IMG/VR virus record: IMGVR_UViG_3300046012_000437
Span: 1-31,505 of that record
Source: a virus
Taxonomy: Duplodnaviria; Caudoviricetes
Length of the DNA: 31,505 nucleotides
Strand: one strand, 5' to 3'
The notes beneath the pieces are model-generated. The model was not told the DNA's origin and searched no databases. It was given only the letters and a program-made list of their open reading frames with translations. Position numbers and translations under genes: made by a program. Positions 1 to 8,034 of the stretch are shown here, one piece after another. The stretch's first letter is position 1; every line of letters begins with the position of its first letter.

Positions 1-170
1 AAGTAGATATCCCGCCCGAGGAAGTGTTCCTGCCGATGGGCGGTCCACGACCACAAGAATGATTTGTTGCAAGCTTAAAACAATCAAGCTCCGTACGGGT
101 TAAGACGAAATATCCGGAGCCATCGTTGAGAAACTGAAATCAAACGCGTAGACAGGAAACGGAGCCGACA

Positions 171-389
171 ATGAAATTATCTACTCTTGCTAAAAAAGCG
201 AACGCCCTTCCGGATATCGAGTTTGAATGGCCTGGTCTCGAACATTTCTCCGATTACAATTTCGAGGAGGCGACTAAATCGCCCGAGCTATTGCGTACGT
301 ATGTTAATGGCCTCCGACAAAAGATGGCCACTTACTCCATTGCACTGCAATGGGCTAGTCGAAGGCATATCGCAAAATGCGCGACCTGA
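171..389 (+). CDS. hypothetical phage protein
   Basis: 72-aa ORF with GGAG upstream of the ATG; no recognisable motif. Confidence 0.6.
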   Translation: MKLSTLAKKANALPDIEFEWPGLEHFSDYNFEEATKSPELLRTYVNGLRQKMATYSIALQWASRRHIAKCAT

Positions 390-441
390 TGCTGGAAGCC
401 GAAGTGGAGGAACAAGTGATGGACCAATCGAGGAAACGGAC

Positions 442-669
442 ATGATGACCAAAGAAGAAATGATGAAACGAACCAAAGAAGCACAACGTAGTGGCTTCAA
501 TCGTTGGATGAACGAACCAATGACGCGCGCCATGATATCGATGATGCCGCCGTCGGAACATCTGGAGATGTTGCTGAAAGCCGCGTTTGAGTGCGGATTC
601 GGCAGCGGCTCGATAGACACGGTTATCAATATAATGGAAAATATGATGGAGAAGAGGGGGGGCAAGTGA
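442..669 (+). CDS. hypothetical Met-rich protein
   Basis: GAGGA upstream of ATG 442 (MMTKEEMMKR...); stop overlaps the next start (TGATG). Confidence 0.65.
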   Translation: MMTKEEMMKRTKEAQRSGFNRWMNEPMTRAMISMMPPSEHLEMLLKAAFECGFGSGSIDTVINIMENMMEKRGGK

Positions 670-923
670 TGGGATACTACATCAATCCGACGAACATGAG
701 CAAGGAACAGTGGCTGCGCGAGAACGGCGTCGAGGTGCCTAAGCCCATCGCCAAACATCACCCTGCTGGCGATGAGCTGGTGGTGTGTCTCGTAGACAAT
801 GGTGCATTCACTGCTGCGGGCATTGCCTATGACGACGGCGAACGCGACGCGTTCATGTACCCGGACTCGCGTCCTATGCGATGGTACCTGGTGAAACGCG
901 AATTGCTGAAGGAGTGGCTGTGA
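669..923 (+). CDS. hypothetical phage protein
   Basis: MGYYINP...VCLVDNGAFTAAGIAY; start/stop coupled to both neighbours. Confidence 0.7.
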   Translation: MGYYINPTNMSKEQWLRENGVEVPKPIAKHHPAGDELVVCLVDNGAFTAAGIAYDDGERDAFMYPDSRPMRWYLVKRELLKEWL

Positions 924-1219
924 GAGAAGACACCCGCATCGTCTATGGTATTCGCTGCGTCTGGTGGGGCGGGATCGAAGACACCGGCAGATTAGACAAG
1001 GACCCGACGTGCACCATACCGGGATGCCCGCACTGTGGCGGTGGTCTAATGGAAATAGGCAGCCCGAAAGAATGGTGGGACAGCGTTGAAAAATATGAGG
1101 CGAGCGGTCACCCTGGCTACCGCGCGTTCATCGAATGGCTGAAAGGCAAATGTTTCCCGGGCTACCGCACAGCCGTAAGAGCGTATGAGTCGAAGCCTGG
1201 ACGAACCGTCAAACTGTGA
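920..1219 (+). CDS. hypothetical protein with CPHC motif
   Basis: GTG 920 overlaps the previous stop (GTGA); GGAG upstream; CVWW...CPHCGG. Confidence 0.65.
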   Translation: MREDTRIVYGIRCVWWGGIEDTGRLDKDPTCTIPGCPHCGGGLMEIGSPKEWWDSVEKYEASGHPGYRAFIEWLKGKCFPGYRTAVRAYESKPGRTVKL

Positions 1220-1226
1220 GGACATC

Positions 1227-1337
1227 ATGGACCTGAAATTATCAGACGTGCCGAGTGAAGCATTGGTGCAAGCGAAGGAGGGTTTCAAGACCGGCGTGCG
1301 CAACGTCGCAGCGCGACTCAAGGCAGCGGGGTACTGA
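1227..1337 (+). CDS. small hypothetical protein (36 aa)
   Basis: GAGGA upstream, then MDLKLSDVPSEALVQAKEGFKTGVRNVAARLKAAGY; too short for the ORF track. Confidence 0.45.
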   Translation: MDLKLSDVPSEALVQAKEGFKTGVRNVAARLKAAGY

Positions 1338-1452
1338 AGCCCTCGCATACCATACCGCGACGAAGAAATTGCCAAAGTCTGTGCATGGCTGAAAGAACAC
1401 GACTACACTATGCACGTCACTCTTAATGGGAATATAACATTGAGGAAGAAAA

Positions 1453-1659
1453 ATGACGACGATGGACAACTACGGCAAGGTGGTGATCGATTACACCAAC
1501 TGGCGAGGTGAGCGACGCGAGCGCACGGTGCGTCCCGTCAACATCGAATTCACGAGCACACACTGGCACCCCGAGCAGCAGTGGATAATGAACGCCGAGG
1601 ATGGAAATACAGTGAGGGGGTTCGCGATGAAAGACATCCACTCGTGGCGACCGGCATGA
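1453..1659 (+). CDS. stand-alone WYL-domain protein
   Basis: IDYTNWRGERRERTVRP...WHPEQQWIMNAED...RGFAMKDI fits the WYL pattern (Y...R-x-V-x-P...W-x-L-x-A...R-x-F...I). Confidence 0.7.
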   Translation: MTTMDNYGKVVIDYTNWRGERRERTVRPVNIEFTSTHWHPEQQWIMNAEDGNTVRGFAMKDIHSWRPA

Positions 1660-1742
1660 TAAGAGATGTAATCATAGTCTTTACCACGACTGCGGTAATT
1701 GCGCTGATCCTCATGATCGCACTGAGCATTTCCGGAAGATGA
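1656..1742 (+). CDS. single-pass membrane micro-protein (28 aa)
   Basis: MIRDVIIVFTTTAVIALILMIALSISGR; ATGA overlaps at both ends. Confidence 0.55.
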   Translation: MIRDVIIVFTTTAVIALILMIALSISGR

Positions 1743-1954
1743 TAGATTGCTGGCACACGCAGTTGCGGCTTGTGGCGCGGTATTTCCCCGGTGCGCAGTT
1801 AAGAGCGTTGAAGGACATGCGCCTTGCGCGGGGCGGCGTGTTCGTGTATGTCAGCGCAACAGTCGCACGACGCGAGACAGTGTGCCCGCCTCATGTCGTC
1901 AGCATGTTTCAGGAACTGGGCTACACAGTGATCCACGTGCAGGAGCCGAGATGA
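1739..1954 (+). CDS. hypothetical protein
   Basis: 71-aa ORF with ATGA coupling at both ends. Confidence 0.55.
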   Translation: MIDCWHTQLRLVARYFPGAQLRALKDMRLARGGVFVYVSATVARRETVCPPHVVSMFQELGYTVIHVQEPR

Positions 1955-2268
1955 CACTTCGAGAATGGTGCCGCGCTAATTGGAATAAACTCCCCGAGCT
2001 CGTGCGCAAGGATTGCGTCGACCACCTCGATGGATGGATTCACCGAGATGCCATCGAGGTGTGGAAGAAGAACGATTACTGGGACAATGGCCATTTTCAC
2101 TTACTGGGTGGCGGAATGCAAATACGCAATCGTCTGCGTGACCAATTGACCGACGCCGAGTTATCCGTGGTGACGACAGATCATGAGGGCAAGCCGTACG
2201 GACCTTCACGCAACTGGGACGATTACTACACCGGCGCACTCGACGAATTGATGGAGCGATACCTGTGA
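1951..2268 (+). CDS. hypothetical phage protein
   Basis: AGGAG upstream of ATG 1951; HFHLLGGGMQIRNRLR...WDDYY. Confidence 0.65.
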   Translation: MTLREWCRANWNKLPELVRKDCVDHLDGWIHRDAIEVWKKNDYWDNGHFHLLGGGMQIRNRLRDQLTDAELSVVTTDHEGKPYGPSRNWDDYYTGALDELMERYL

Positions 2269-2492
2269 ACTCCGATCAATCATTCAAAGACGACTGGCGT
2301 ATGAAAGGAAGACCGATGGACAAAAATGATTTGACGATAATCAAAGAATTGAAGGCACAGGCGGAAAAACTTGCGGCGACAATGCATGAGGTGCAGATGC
2401 GCGGGTACAACATCAAGATGGGGTGGGACCAAGGCAAGCTCGAGGTGTTCGAGGTGCATCAACTGGTGCCTGTGCATCTGGAGCAGCAATGA
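2265..2492 (+). CDS. hypothetical protein
   Basis: GTGA overlap with the previous gene; the true start could be a later ATG. Confidence 0.55.
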   Translation: MNSDQSFKDDWRMKGRPMDKNDLTIIKELKAQAEKLAATMHEVQMRGYNIKMGWDQGKLEVFEVHQLVPVHLEQQ

Positions 2493-2683
2493 TGCGCGGA
2501 CTCGCCGGAGGGATCGGTGCGTTGATGGTCGCGTCGGGTGTCTGGGTGGCGTTTGTTATTCCGGTGCCAGTGATGACTCAGTTCTCGATGCCGTTGCAGT
2601 TATTTTTCTCGATTAGTGTTGTGTTCTGGATCGCCATGGGTGTATTGGCGTTCCTGTGGTCTATAGGAGGTCCCGATGAGTGA
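2489..2683 (+). CDS. small two-helix membrane protein
   Basis: MMRGLAGGIGALMVASGVWVAF...FFSISVVFWIAMGVLAFLW; ATGA overlap. Confidence 0.6.
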   Translation: MMRGLAGGIGALMVASGVWVAFVIPVPVMTQFSMPLQLFFSISVVFWIAMGVLAFLWSIGGPDE

Positions 2684-2834
2684 GAAAAAACCATGGACGC
2701 GTTGCCCTGAGTGTGATTGCGGGCCGGGCGAGGATCACAAGAAGATTTGTTCGTTCTGGACGAGTCGCACCAAGTACTACAAAGACGAATGGAAACCTAA
2801 TGAGCAACGAGATAACACTGCCGGTGGGGAGTAG
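2676..2834 (+). CDS. small Cys/His protein (52 aa)
   Basis: AGGAGG RBS, then MSEKKPWTRCPECDCGPGEDHKKIC...; not in the ORF track. Confidence 0.55.
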   Translation: MSEKKPWTRCPECDCGPGEDHKKICSFWTSRTKYYKDEWKPNEQRDNTAGGE

Positions 2835-3096
2835 CGCTGAGCCCGACACCTGCGGTTCGTGCAAATTCTTTCGTCGCATGACCAACAACGGCGACTGGTA
2901 TTACATGAATGGTTGGTGCACGTTCAAATTTCCCGGCCGCGTCGTCGAGCAATGGCAGATGCGTGGACTCGACAAAAATCGCGAAGGCGGCGATGATCCT
3001 GACCGAATCAAAGACACCGACCGCTGCGATCTCTACAAGTTCAGCGGCAAGGTTTACATCGTGCAACGCCGCATACCGCCGGAGAAGATCGGATGA
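2800..3096 (+). CDS. Cys-containing hypothetical protein
   Basis: MSNEITLP...CGSCKFF...GWC...DRC; possible metal binding. Confidence 0.6.
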   Translation: MSNEITLPVGSSAEPDTCGSCKFFRRMTNNGDWYYMNGWCTFKFPGRVVEQWQMRGLDKNREGGDDPDRIKDTDRCDLYKFSGKVYIVQRRIPPEKIG

Positions 3097-3254
3097 CACC
3101 CGCCGAAAGAGAATTGCTGATGACTGTGGCGGAGGTGATGAAGTATAACAGCGAACTATTCTCGACGCCGATGCGACGACGCATTAGCGATTTGCTGGAC
3201 AAAATATCCATTGAGAGGACAAATGGGCACCAAGAACAACCCCGGACAGTTTGA
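3093..3254 (+). CDS. small hypothetical protein (53 aa)
   Basis: ATGA overlap, GGAG upstream; MTPAERELLMTVAEVM... Confidence 0.5.
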   Translation: MTPAERELLMTVAEVMKYNSELFSTPMRRRISDLLDKISIERTNGHQEQPRTV

Positions 3255-3477
3255 CTGCTACGCCAACGCCTTGCCTGATGAGCCGATGTTCGTCCTGCTC
3301 GCGCGTGACCCGACATTCCATCGTCTCGTGAGTAAGTGGGCGTCATACCGTGAAGAAGACATTATAGTCGGCGAACGACCGTGGGGGGATTTCAGCATGG
3401 TGCGCGAGGCTCGTGAGACCGCAACTACCGGCGGGGAGTGGCGCCGCGAGAACAACGGCATCTGGAGGAAGACGTGA
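3223..3477 (+). CDS. conserved phage hypothetical protein
   Basis: GAGG RBS; MGTKNNPGQFDCYANALPDEPMFVLLARDP resembles a recurrent phage family (from recall). Confidence 0.7.
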   Translation: MGTKNNPGQFDCYANALPDEPMFVLLARDPTFHRLVSKWASYREEDIIVGERPWGDFSMVREARETATTGGEWRRENNGIWRKT

Positions 3478-3686
3478 GCGGCTTCGATGGAATCAAAGCG
3501 CTGAGGGAAGAAATCAGCGGACTCGTGGACGTGCGTCTGGTGATGCTCAAGCGCGAGCGCAATCTCGCTGCACAGTACGGCGAGCTCGAGGTCGAACTCA
3601 ATAACGTGATCAAGTTGCGCGGGTTCGCCGACGCCGAGCTGGCGCGCAAGCGTGCGGTGCTAGCGACGCTGGAGGCGCAGGCATGA
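3474..3686 (+). CDS. coiled-coil hypothetical protein
   Basis: GGAGG RBS, GTGA overlap, heptad-like Leu pattern. Confidence 0.6.
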   Translation: MSGFDGIKALREEISGLVDVRLVMLKRERNLAAQYGELEVELNNVIKLRGFADAELARKRAVLATLEAQA

Positions 3687-3877
3687 CCAACCAGCAAGCG
3701 CAGTGCATATTGCTAAATCAAATCGAGATCATGGGCGCTCTGTCGGTCATACTGCGATACGTCAAACCTAACCTAATTGGAAACGGTGGCGAATTAGACA
3801 GACAACGGGAAGACTTAATCCAACGCCACAAAGCCACTCAGTCCGTTCTTTCATGGCACGCACAGGTGGAGACATAG
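3683..3877 (+). CDS. hypothetical protein
   Basis: GGAGG RBS, ATGA overlap. Confidence 0.6.
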   Translation: MTNQQAQCILLNQIEIMGALSVILRYVKPNLIGNGGELDRQREDLIQRHKATQSVLSWHAQVET

Positions 3878-3879
3878 TT

Positions 3880-4026
3880 ATGACCACGATGGCTCTGTGG
3901 GTTTTACTGATGGTGTTCTGGGCCGTGCTGTTCTTCATCGCCATCATGCTCAGCAAGATAGCCAACAGTGTGCATGAGTTGGTCAAGATGGCACACTTCA
4001 AAGTTTACACGGAGGATGAGAGATGA
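3880..4026 (+). CDS. single-pass membrane micro-protein (48 aa)
   Basis: GGAG RBS; MTTMALWVLLMVFWAVLFFIAIMLSK... Confidence 0.6.
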   Translation: MTTMALWVLLMVFWAVLFFIAIMLSKIANSVHELVKMAHFKVYTEDER

Positions 4027-4163
4027 AGATTTTATATATTCGCGACCCGGTGCCGCAGGTGTCGTCTAAATTCTTTCGCGGCATAATGTTTGCAGTACCT
4101 TGTGCCATCGTTGTATGGGCAGGCCTGATCTTCGGCGTTATCGAACTGTGGAAAATCATATGA
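4023..4163 (+). CDS. single-pass membrane micro-protein (46 aa)
   Basis: GGAGG RBS; ...GIMFAVPCAIVVWAGLIFGVIELWKII; ATGA overlaps at both ends. Confidence 0.6.
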   Translation: MKILYIRDPVPQVSSKFFRGIMFAVPCAIVVWAGLIFGVIELWKII

Positions 4164-4705
4164 GAGTCAACGTTTACACCGAAGAGTTGTTGACTGGGAA
4201 TGACGCGGCGCCGTTCGCTGAGATCGTCACGGCGAACTACATCAGCAGCCGCACAGGCGAACCCATGACCAACTACGGTCTGCGCATATTCATGAAATCC
4301 GCGCCCGAGCTTCACTATATCCCTGGTCGCGACGATGACCGCTCGGCCGTGACGTTCTGGTGCGGACCAAGCCAGAAGAACATATTCAACTTCATCGAGA
4401 TGGTGCAGACGTTTGCTAACCAGAGTAAGATGGAGTCGTGGCGCAAGAAGACGCTGGCCATCGAAGCCGAGCGTCGCAACACGCCTGACATCGAGTCCAC
4501 CAAGCCGCTGACTGGGCCTCGACACAAGGATGACAGCGGTAGAATGATCCCGTGTCTCGATTACTACGATGGCAAATGCCAGTCGCTGACCCATATGTGT
4601 ATCGACTGTCCTGACCGGCACCGACAATTCACTGGGACAGGGCCACTCCTTGATCGAGACAAATTGCGTGAGCAAGATACGTTCGGTGGGTTTAGGCCAA
4701 AATAA
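4160..4705 (+). CDS. conserved phage hypothetical protein with C-terminal Cys motif
   Basis: MRVNVYTEE...DDDRSAVTFW N-terminal domain plus C-terminal C...C...CxxC. Confidence 0.7.
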   Translation: MRVNVYTEELLTGNDAAPFAEIVTANYISSRTGEPMTNYGLRIFMKSAPELHYIPGRDDDRSAVTFWCGPSQKNIFNFIEMVQTFANQSKMESWRKKTLAIEAERRNTPDIESTKPLTGPRHKDDSGRMIPCLDYYDGKCQSLTHMCIDCPDRHRQFTGTGPLLDRDKLREQDTFGGFRPK

Positions 4706-4772
4706 ATTTCACATTTATGGCTACAATGTGCTCGGATAGTGATAGGCATTGTTGTGGGAGGACACCCGGAAC

Positions 4773-5117
4773 ATGTGGATTTGCCTATACGACTGCTTCT
4801 TATCCATCGTTGCCAAGGATTGCGCGCCTGACGAGTTGTTAGTACGGGCGCGACGTCCGGGCGACATCGAGAAAATCTTCAAAGGCGTCAAGGTCACGAA
4901 GTACACCAAGTCGGACTACTTGTTCCGAGCGGTGGTGAAGAAGGCCGACGTGATCAAGGCGATGGCGCTCGAGATCGAAGACATCGACTACGACAACTTC
5001 AAGTCAGCGGTGCAAGACGACAAACTGCACAGGGCCTACCTCGATATGTGGTGTACGATGTCGGCGCTGCAGCCCACCGTGCCATACAGCGGCAGTACTA
5101 ATGGAAAATTCAGATGA
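4773..5117 (+). CDS. conserved phage hypothetical protein
   Basis: GGAGG upstream; MWICLYDCFLSIV...LLVRARR...DYLFRA...DYDNFK. Confidence 0.7.
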   Translation: MWICLYDCFLSIVAKDCAPDELLVRARRPGDIEKIFKGVKVTKYTKSDYLFRAVVKKADVIKAMALEIEDIDYDNFKSAVQDDKLHRAYLDMWCTMSALQPTVPYSGSTNGKFR

Positions 5118-5362
5118 TGACCGATAGCAAAGTGAGACTCACCAAACCAGACCTAGAAATGCTCAGGCTCGGCCTGGAGATGGCACATGCCGGAGGATTT
5201 TACACTGCGGATCGTCGGGAGTGGCAACGCTGTGAGAGGTTGCGCGAAGCCGGATTGCTCAAATTTTGGAACGGTAGGCGCTCGCGATTTTGGTCATCCC
5301 AATTTTTCGATCTCACCGAGGCAGGCAGGGCGGCGTTCACCTCGGAGCGCAAACATGACTGA
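5114..5362 (+). CDS. hypothetical protein, possible winged helix
   Basis: CERLREAGLL...LTEAGRAA resembles a wHTH C-terminus. Confidence 0.55.
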   Translation: MMTDSKVRLTKPDLEMLRLGLEMAHAGGFYTADRREWQRCERLREAGLLKFWNGRRSRFWSSQFFDLTEAGRAAFTSERKHD

Positions 5363-5546
5363 CATCGTTGAGAAATCAGGTGCATGTTTTTGTGACCGCC
5401 CCGTTGCCGAATGCACCCTGCCCCATTGCAAGAAGATTACGCCTCCCGATGCGGACTGGCTACGGCGCAAGGTCGAGACCGACCCCGACATTGATTGCGA
5501 GGCTTCAACGCTTTCCTCGCATGTGTCCAACACCCAGGTGGAATAA
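5355..5546 (+). CDS. hypothetical protein
   Basis: GGAG RBS; MTDIVEKSGACFCDRP... Confidence 0.5.
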   Translation: MTDIVEKSGACFCDRPVAECTLPHCKKITPPDADWLRRKVETDPDIDCEASTLSSHVSNTQVE

Positions 5547-5551
5547 AAACC

Positions 5552-5653
5552 ATGATTAAAAGTGCGGCCACAGCTGCGGCCATACTAACGTTGATGGTTA
5601 TTGTTGTTGTGTTTGCTTTCTTCTGGTCGCTGGCCTCGTGTACCATATGTTGA
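5552..5653 (+). CDS. single-pass membrane micro-protein (33 aa)
   Basis: MIKSAATAAAILTLMVIVVVFAFFWSLASCTIC. Confidence 0.5.
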   Translation: MIKSAATAAAILTLMVIVVVFAFFWSLASCTIC

Positions 5654-5678
5654 CCCCGTACGGGTAAAGTCTTATAAT
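5650..5678 (+). promoter_or_regulatory. sigma70-type promoter with palindrome in the spacer
   Basis: TTGACC-N17-TATAAT; CCCGTACGGG palindrome at 5655-5664; GGAGG RBS and ATG 5698 follow. Confidence 0.8.
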
Positions 5679-5697
5679 CAAATCCATTGGAGGACAG

Positions 5698-5949
5698 ATG
5701 ATAGCTCTCAAGCACCTGTGTCGCGAGTTCAACGTTGATCCTCCTAAGTTGCGCCGCATATGTCGCAACGCCAAGTTAATACCAACCGGAGGACGATGGA
5801 AATGGGAAGAAAGAAGCAAAGAGCTGGCAAAGTTGCGGGCTCGCCTGAAATCACTGCTGGCCTCGACTACCCCTGGTCTAGCAGCCCGCGACGACCGCCT
5901 CGCTATGTCCTCTACTGCTACAACCACGAAAGCGAGCGGCAGTACATAG
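5698..5949 (+). CDS. small HTH-like DNA-binding protein (paralogue 1)
   Basis: LKHLCREFNVDPPKLRRICR...GGRWKW; GGAGG RBS. Confidence 0.65.
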   Translation: MIALKHLCREFNVDPPKLRRICRNAKLIPTGGRWKWEERSKELAKLRARLKSLLASTTPGLAARDDRLAMSSTATTTKASGST

Positions 5950-6458
5950 TCAACGCGTACAGCCTCTATGCCATCCGCAAGATTTTCGATCATCTCGTCG
6001 CCGACAACGAGATTGAGCCATCATCGCTCGATCCCGACCACACCATGACGTTCGGCGAAATCGACATTAAGTCGGACGAGATGCAAGAAATCCTCGATCA
6101 CCAGTACACCGAGCTCGAGGAAGCGTGGGATTTGCCTGCGCCCTACCCGAACGACATCAGCAACTTCCTGCACGGCGCACGCATGTCGAAAGAACTCGAG
6201 CGACGTGACGACGGCGAGCCTCGCCAGCCACGCGAGAAGAAGACACCGGTCGAAAAGAAACCAAAGCTCGACCGCTCGAAGTTCATCACTGTGCAATCCA
6301 TCGCCGAGGACCTCAAGATGGACCCTCGCGACGCCCGCGCCGCATTGCGCAAGGCGAAGATCGACAAACCCGTCGGAGGCTGGCTCGGTGACGAGACATG
6401 GGCCAAGACAATTCGCGACATCCTCGCCAAGGCAGCGAAGGAGGGGAAGAAAAAATGA
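5802..6458 (+). CDS. hypothetical protein with C-terminal HTH-like domain (paralogue 2)
   Basis: GGAGG 9 nt before ATG 5802; C-terminal ITVQSIAEDLKMDPRDARAALRK...GGW. Confidence 0.7.
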   Translation: MGRKKQRAGKVAGSPEITAGLDYPWSSSPRRPPRYVLYCYNHESERQYIVNAYSLYAIRKIFDHLVADNEIEPSSLDPDHTMTFGEIDIKSDEMQEILDHQYTELEEAWDLPAPYPNDISNFLHGARMSKELERRDDGEPRQPREKKTPVEKKPKLDRSKFITVQSIAEDLKMDPRDARAALRKAKIDKPVGGWLGDETWAKTIRDILAKAAKEGKKK

Positions 6459-6664
6459 TCGCGCTTCCCGATGGCAAATGCTGCGGCACCTGTGCATTCT
6501 GGAAACTCCCAGACCTGCACGCCACCAAAGCGTATGGAAATGTGGGCACATGCTCGGTGATGACAAGTGACCTGTGCCTACCATTCTGGTCGCGCGAGGT
6601 GATGTGCAGGACGAAGAGTTACGAAGGAAAAGAATGCGATGCGTGGGCTGTGACGAGAAAGTAG
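6455..6664 (+). CDS. small Cys-rich protein
   Basis: GGAGG RBS, ATGA overlap; CCGTCAFW...GTC...ECDAW. Confidence 0.6.
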   Translation: MIALPDGKCCGTCAFWKLPDLHATKAYGNVGTCSVMTSDLCLPFWSREVMCRTKSYEGKECDAWAVTRK

Positions 6665-6676
6665 AACCTGACAACA

Positions 6677-6719
6677 GCCAGCCGCCGGACGTAGTTTCTT
6701 AGTGTTCGGGAGGGCTGGC
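6677..6719 (+). promoter_or_regulatory. intergenic hairpin covering the downstream RBS
   Basis: GCCAGCC (6677-83) pairs with GGCTGGC (6713-19); inner CCGGAC pairs with GTTCGG; GGAGG lies in the 3' arm. Confidence 0.45.
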
Positions 6720-6721
6720 AG

Positions 6722-6865
6722 ATGATATACAGCACAGAGATTAACGGCGTGACGTTTTACTGCATCGAACATATCAAGGCGTGCGAACGGGCCGCGTGGT
6801 TTGTCGGGCTCGTGGTTGGAATTATTGTCGGCATTACATTTATGGGAATTATCCAATGTCTTTGA
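6722..6865 (+). CDS. membrane micro-protein (47 aa)
   Basis: GGAGG RBS; ...AAWFVGLVVGIIVGITFMGIIQCL. Confidence 0.55.
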   Translation: MIYSTEINGVTFYCIEHIKACERAAWFVGLVVGIIVGITFMGIIQCL

Positions 6866-7290
6866 AGTCATATTTTTTCGGACTCGCCGTCGGCGCCTGG
6901 CTCGGTGCTTGCGGGACAATGACGTTCTACCCGGCGGCGCCGCCTCAGGCGTTGCGTTCGCCGCGTGCGCTGATCGCGTCGCCCACCATGGTACAAGAAA
7001 TCAAAGCGTACCCCGTCAACATTGAGTTGCGGATCATGGACGCCAAGACATTCGATAAAGATGCGAAGATGCAGTTCTCCGAGGTTCTCAAGAATGGCGG
7101 GCGTATTCTCGGGTTCACTAGGCCAGATCATGATCCTTGTGTGATCGTCATGCCGGACGACTTCAAGATTCGCTTCATGCCCGACGTAGGCTATGCGATG
7201 TTCAGGGACCCGATGGACGCCGACACACTGGCGCACGAGATTCTGCATTGTCTGTACAGCGATTGGCACAAGCCATGGAGCAGCAAATGA
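6856..7290 (+). CDS. exported or membrane-anchored HExxH metallopeptidase-like protein
   Basis: Hydrophobic N-terminus ending LGAC (lipobox-like); TLAHEILHC zincin motif. Confidence 0.6.
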   Translation: MSLKSYFFGLAVGAWLGACGTMTFYPAAPPQALRSPRALIASPTMVQEIKAYPVNIELRIMDAKTFDKDAKMQFSEVLKNGGRILGFTRPDHDPCVIVMPDDFKIRFMPDVGYAMFRDPMDADTLAHEILHCLYSDWHKPWSSK

Positions 7291-7487
7291 TGATGGAACG
7301 ATTTGCAGTGTGGTATTTGCAGCGACGCGGTCGAGTTGTGATGCCGAGAGTTTGGATAGGTTTGGCCATCAGCGGGGATGCAATTGCCCAGGAGATCGAA
7401 CCGTACACCTGGCAAGTTATTTTACCGCCGGTGCCGCCGTTGCTGATGGCGTTCAATGGGTCGATGGTTCAAAAATTATGGAAGTAG
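7287..7487 (+). CDS. hypothetical protein
   Basis: GGAG RBS, ATGA overlap. Confidence 0.5.
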   Translation: MMMERFAVWYLQRRGRVVMPRVWIGLAISGDAIAQEIEPYTWQVILPPVPPLLMAFNGSMVQKLWK

Positions 7488-7648
7488 CCACCATCTCGTG
7501 CACTGCCAAGGGCAAGCGATGCATCGCCATGGACAAGAAAAAAGAAAAATGGGTGTATGACGCGCACAGCGAATCAGAGGCCGAGATGATGGTCGACGCG
7601 ATACTTGACCGCGGCTACATCCTGACCGACTGGTGGAGAAAACTCTGA
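7478..7648 (+). CDS. hypothetical protein
   Basis: MEVATISCTAKGKRC...ILDRGYILTDWWRKL; fills the gap with short overlaps. Confidence 0.5.
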   Translation: MEVATISCTAKGKRCIAMDKKKEKWVYDAHSESEAEMMVDAILDRGYILTDWWRKL

Positions 7649-7860
7649 CCACTCTGTGTCCCGATTGTCGTGGCAAATCTCGAGTGGTCGAGACACGACA
7701 CAAACCCGCACGCATTGTGTATCGGGCCAAACGCAAACGATCCAGAACCGTGGTGCGGGTTCGAGAGTGTATGCGTTGCAAGTTTCGTTGGAAAACTGTA
7801 GAGGTTCCCTATTCGAGTTTGTTGAACAGGAGGGGTGCATTCAGCGCCGTGAGCCTATGA
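7633..7860 (+). CDS. NrdR N-terminal-like zinc-ribbon protein
   Basis: CPDC...SRVVETR...RVRECMRCKFRWKTVE matches the NrdR-type ribbon; no ATP cone; start uncertain. Confidence 0.65.
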   Translation: MEKTLTTLCPDCRGKSRVVETRHKPARIVYRAKRKRSRTVVRVRECMRCKFRWKTVEVPYSSLLNRRGAFSAVSL

Positions 7861-8024
7861 AAACATTCCTGGTCAGGGCCAAGGAAACTTTGTTCTATTC
7901 AGTTCGCATTGAAGCAAATACGGAGAGTGAGGCCATCGAGATCGTCGAGGGATATGAGGACACCGACGCGCTACCCTACGAAACCGGCCGACAATTTGAA
8001 ATCGTGGACGCGACCGAACAATAG
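7857..8024 (+). CDS. small acidic hypothetical protein
   Basis: MKTFLVRAKETLFYSVRIEANTESEAIEIV; ATGA overlap. Confidence 0.55.
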   Translation: MKTFLVRAKETLFYSVRIEANTESEAIEIVEGYEDTDALPYETGRQFEIVDATEQ

Positions 8025-8034
8025 GGGAAAAACA

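Noticed and set aside
3998-4675. 225-aa minus-strand ORF
   Set aside because: Shadow of well-coupled plus-strand genes; no recognisable domain.
6021-6674. 217-aa minus-strand ORF
   Set aside because: Antisense shadow of the plus-strand genes at 5802-6664; no motif.
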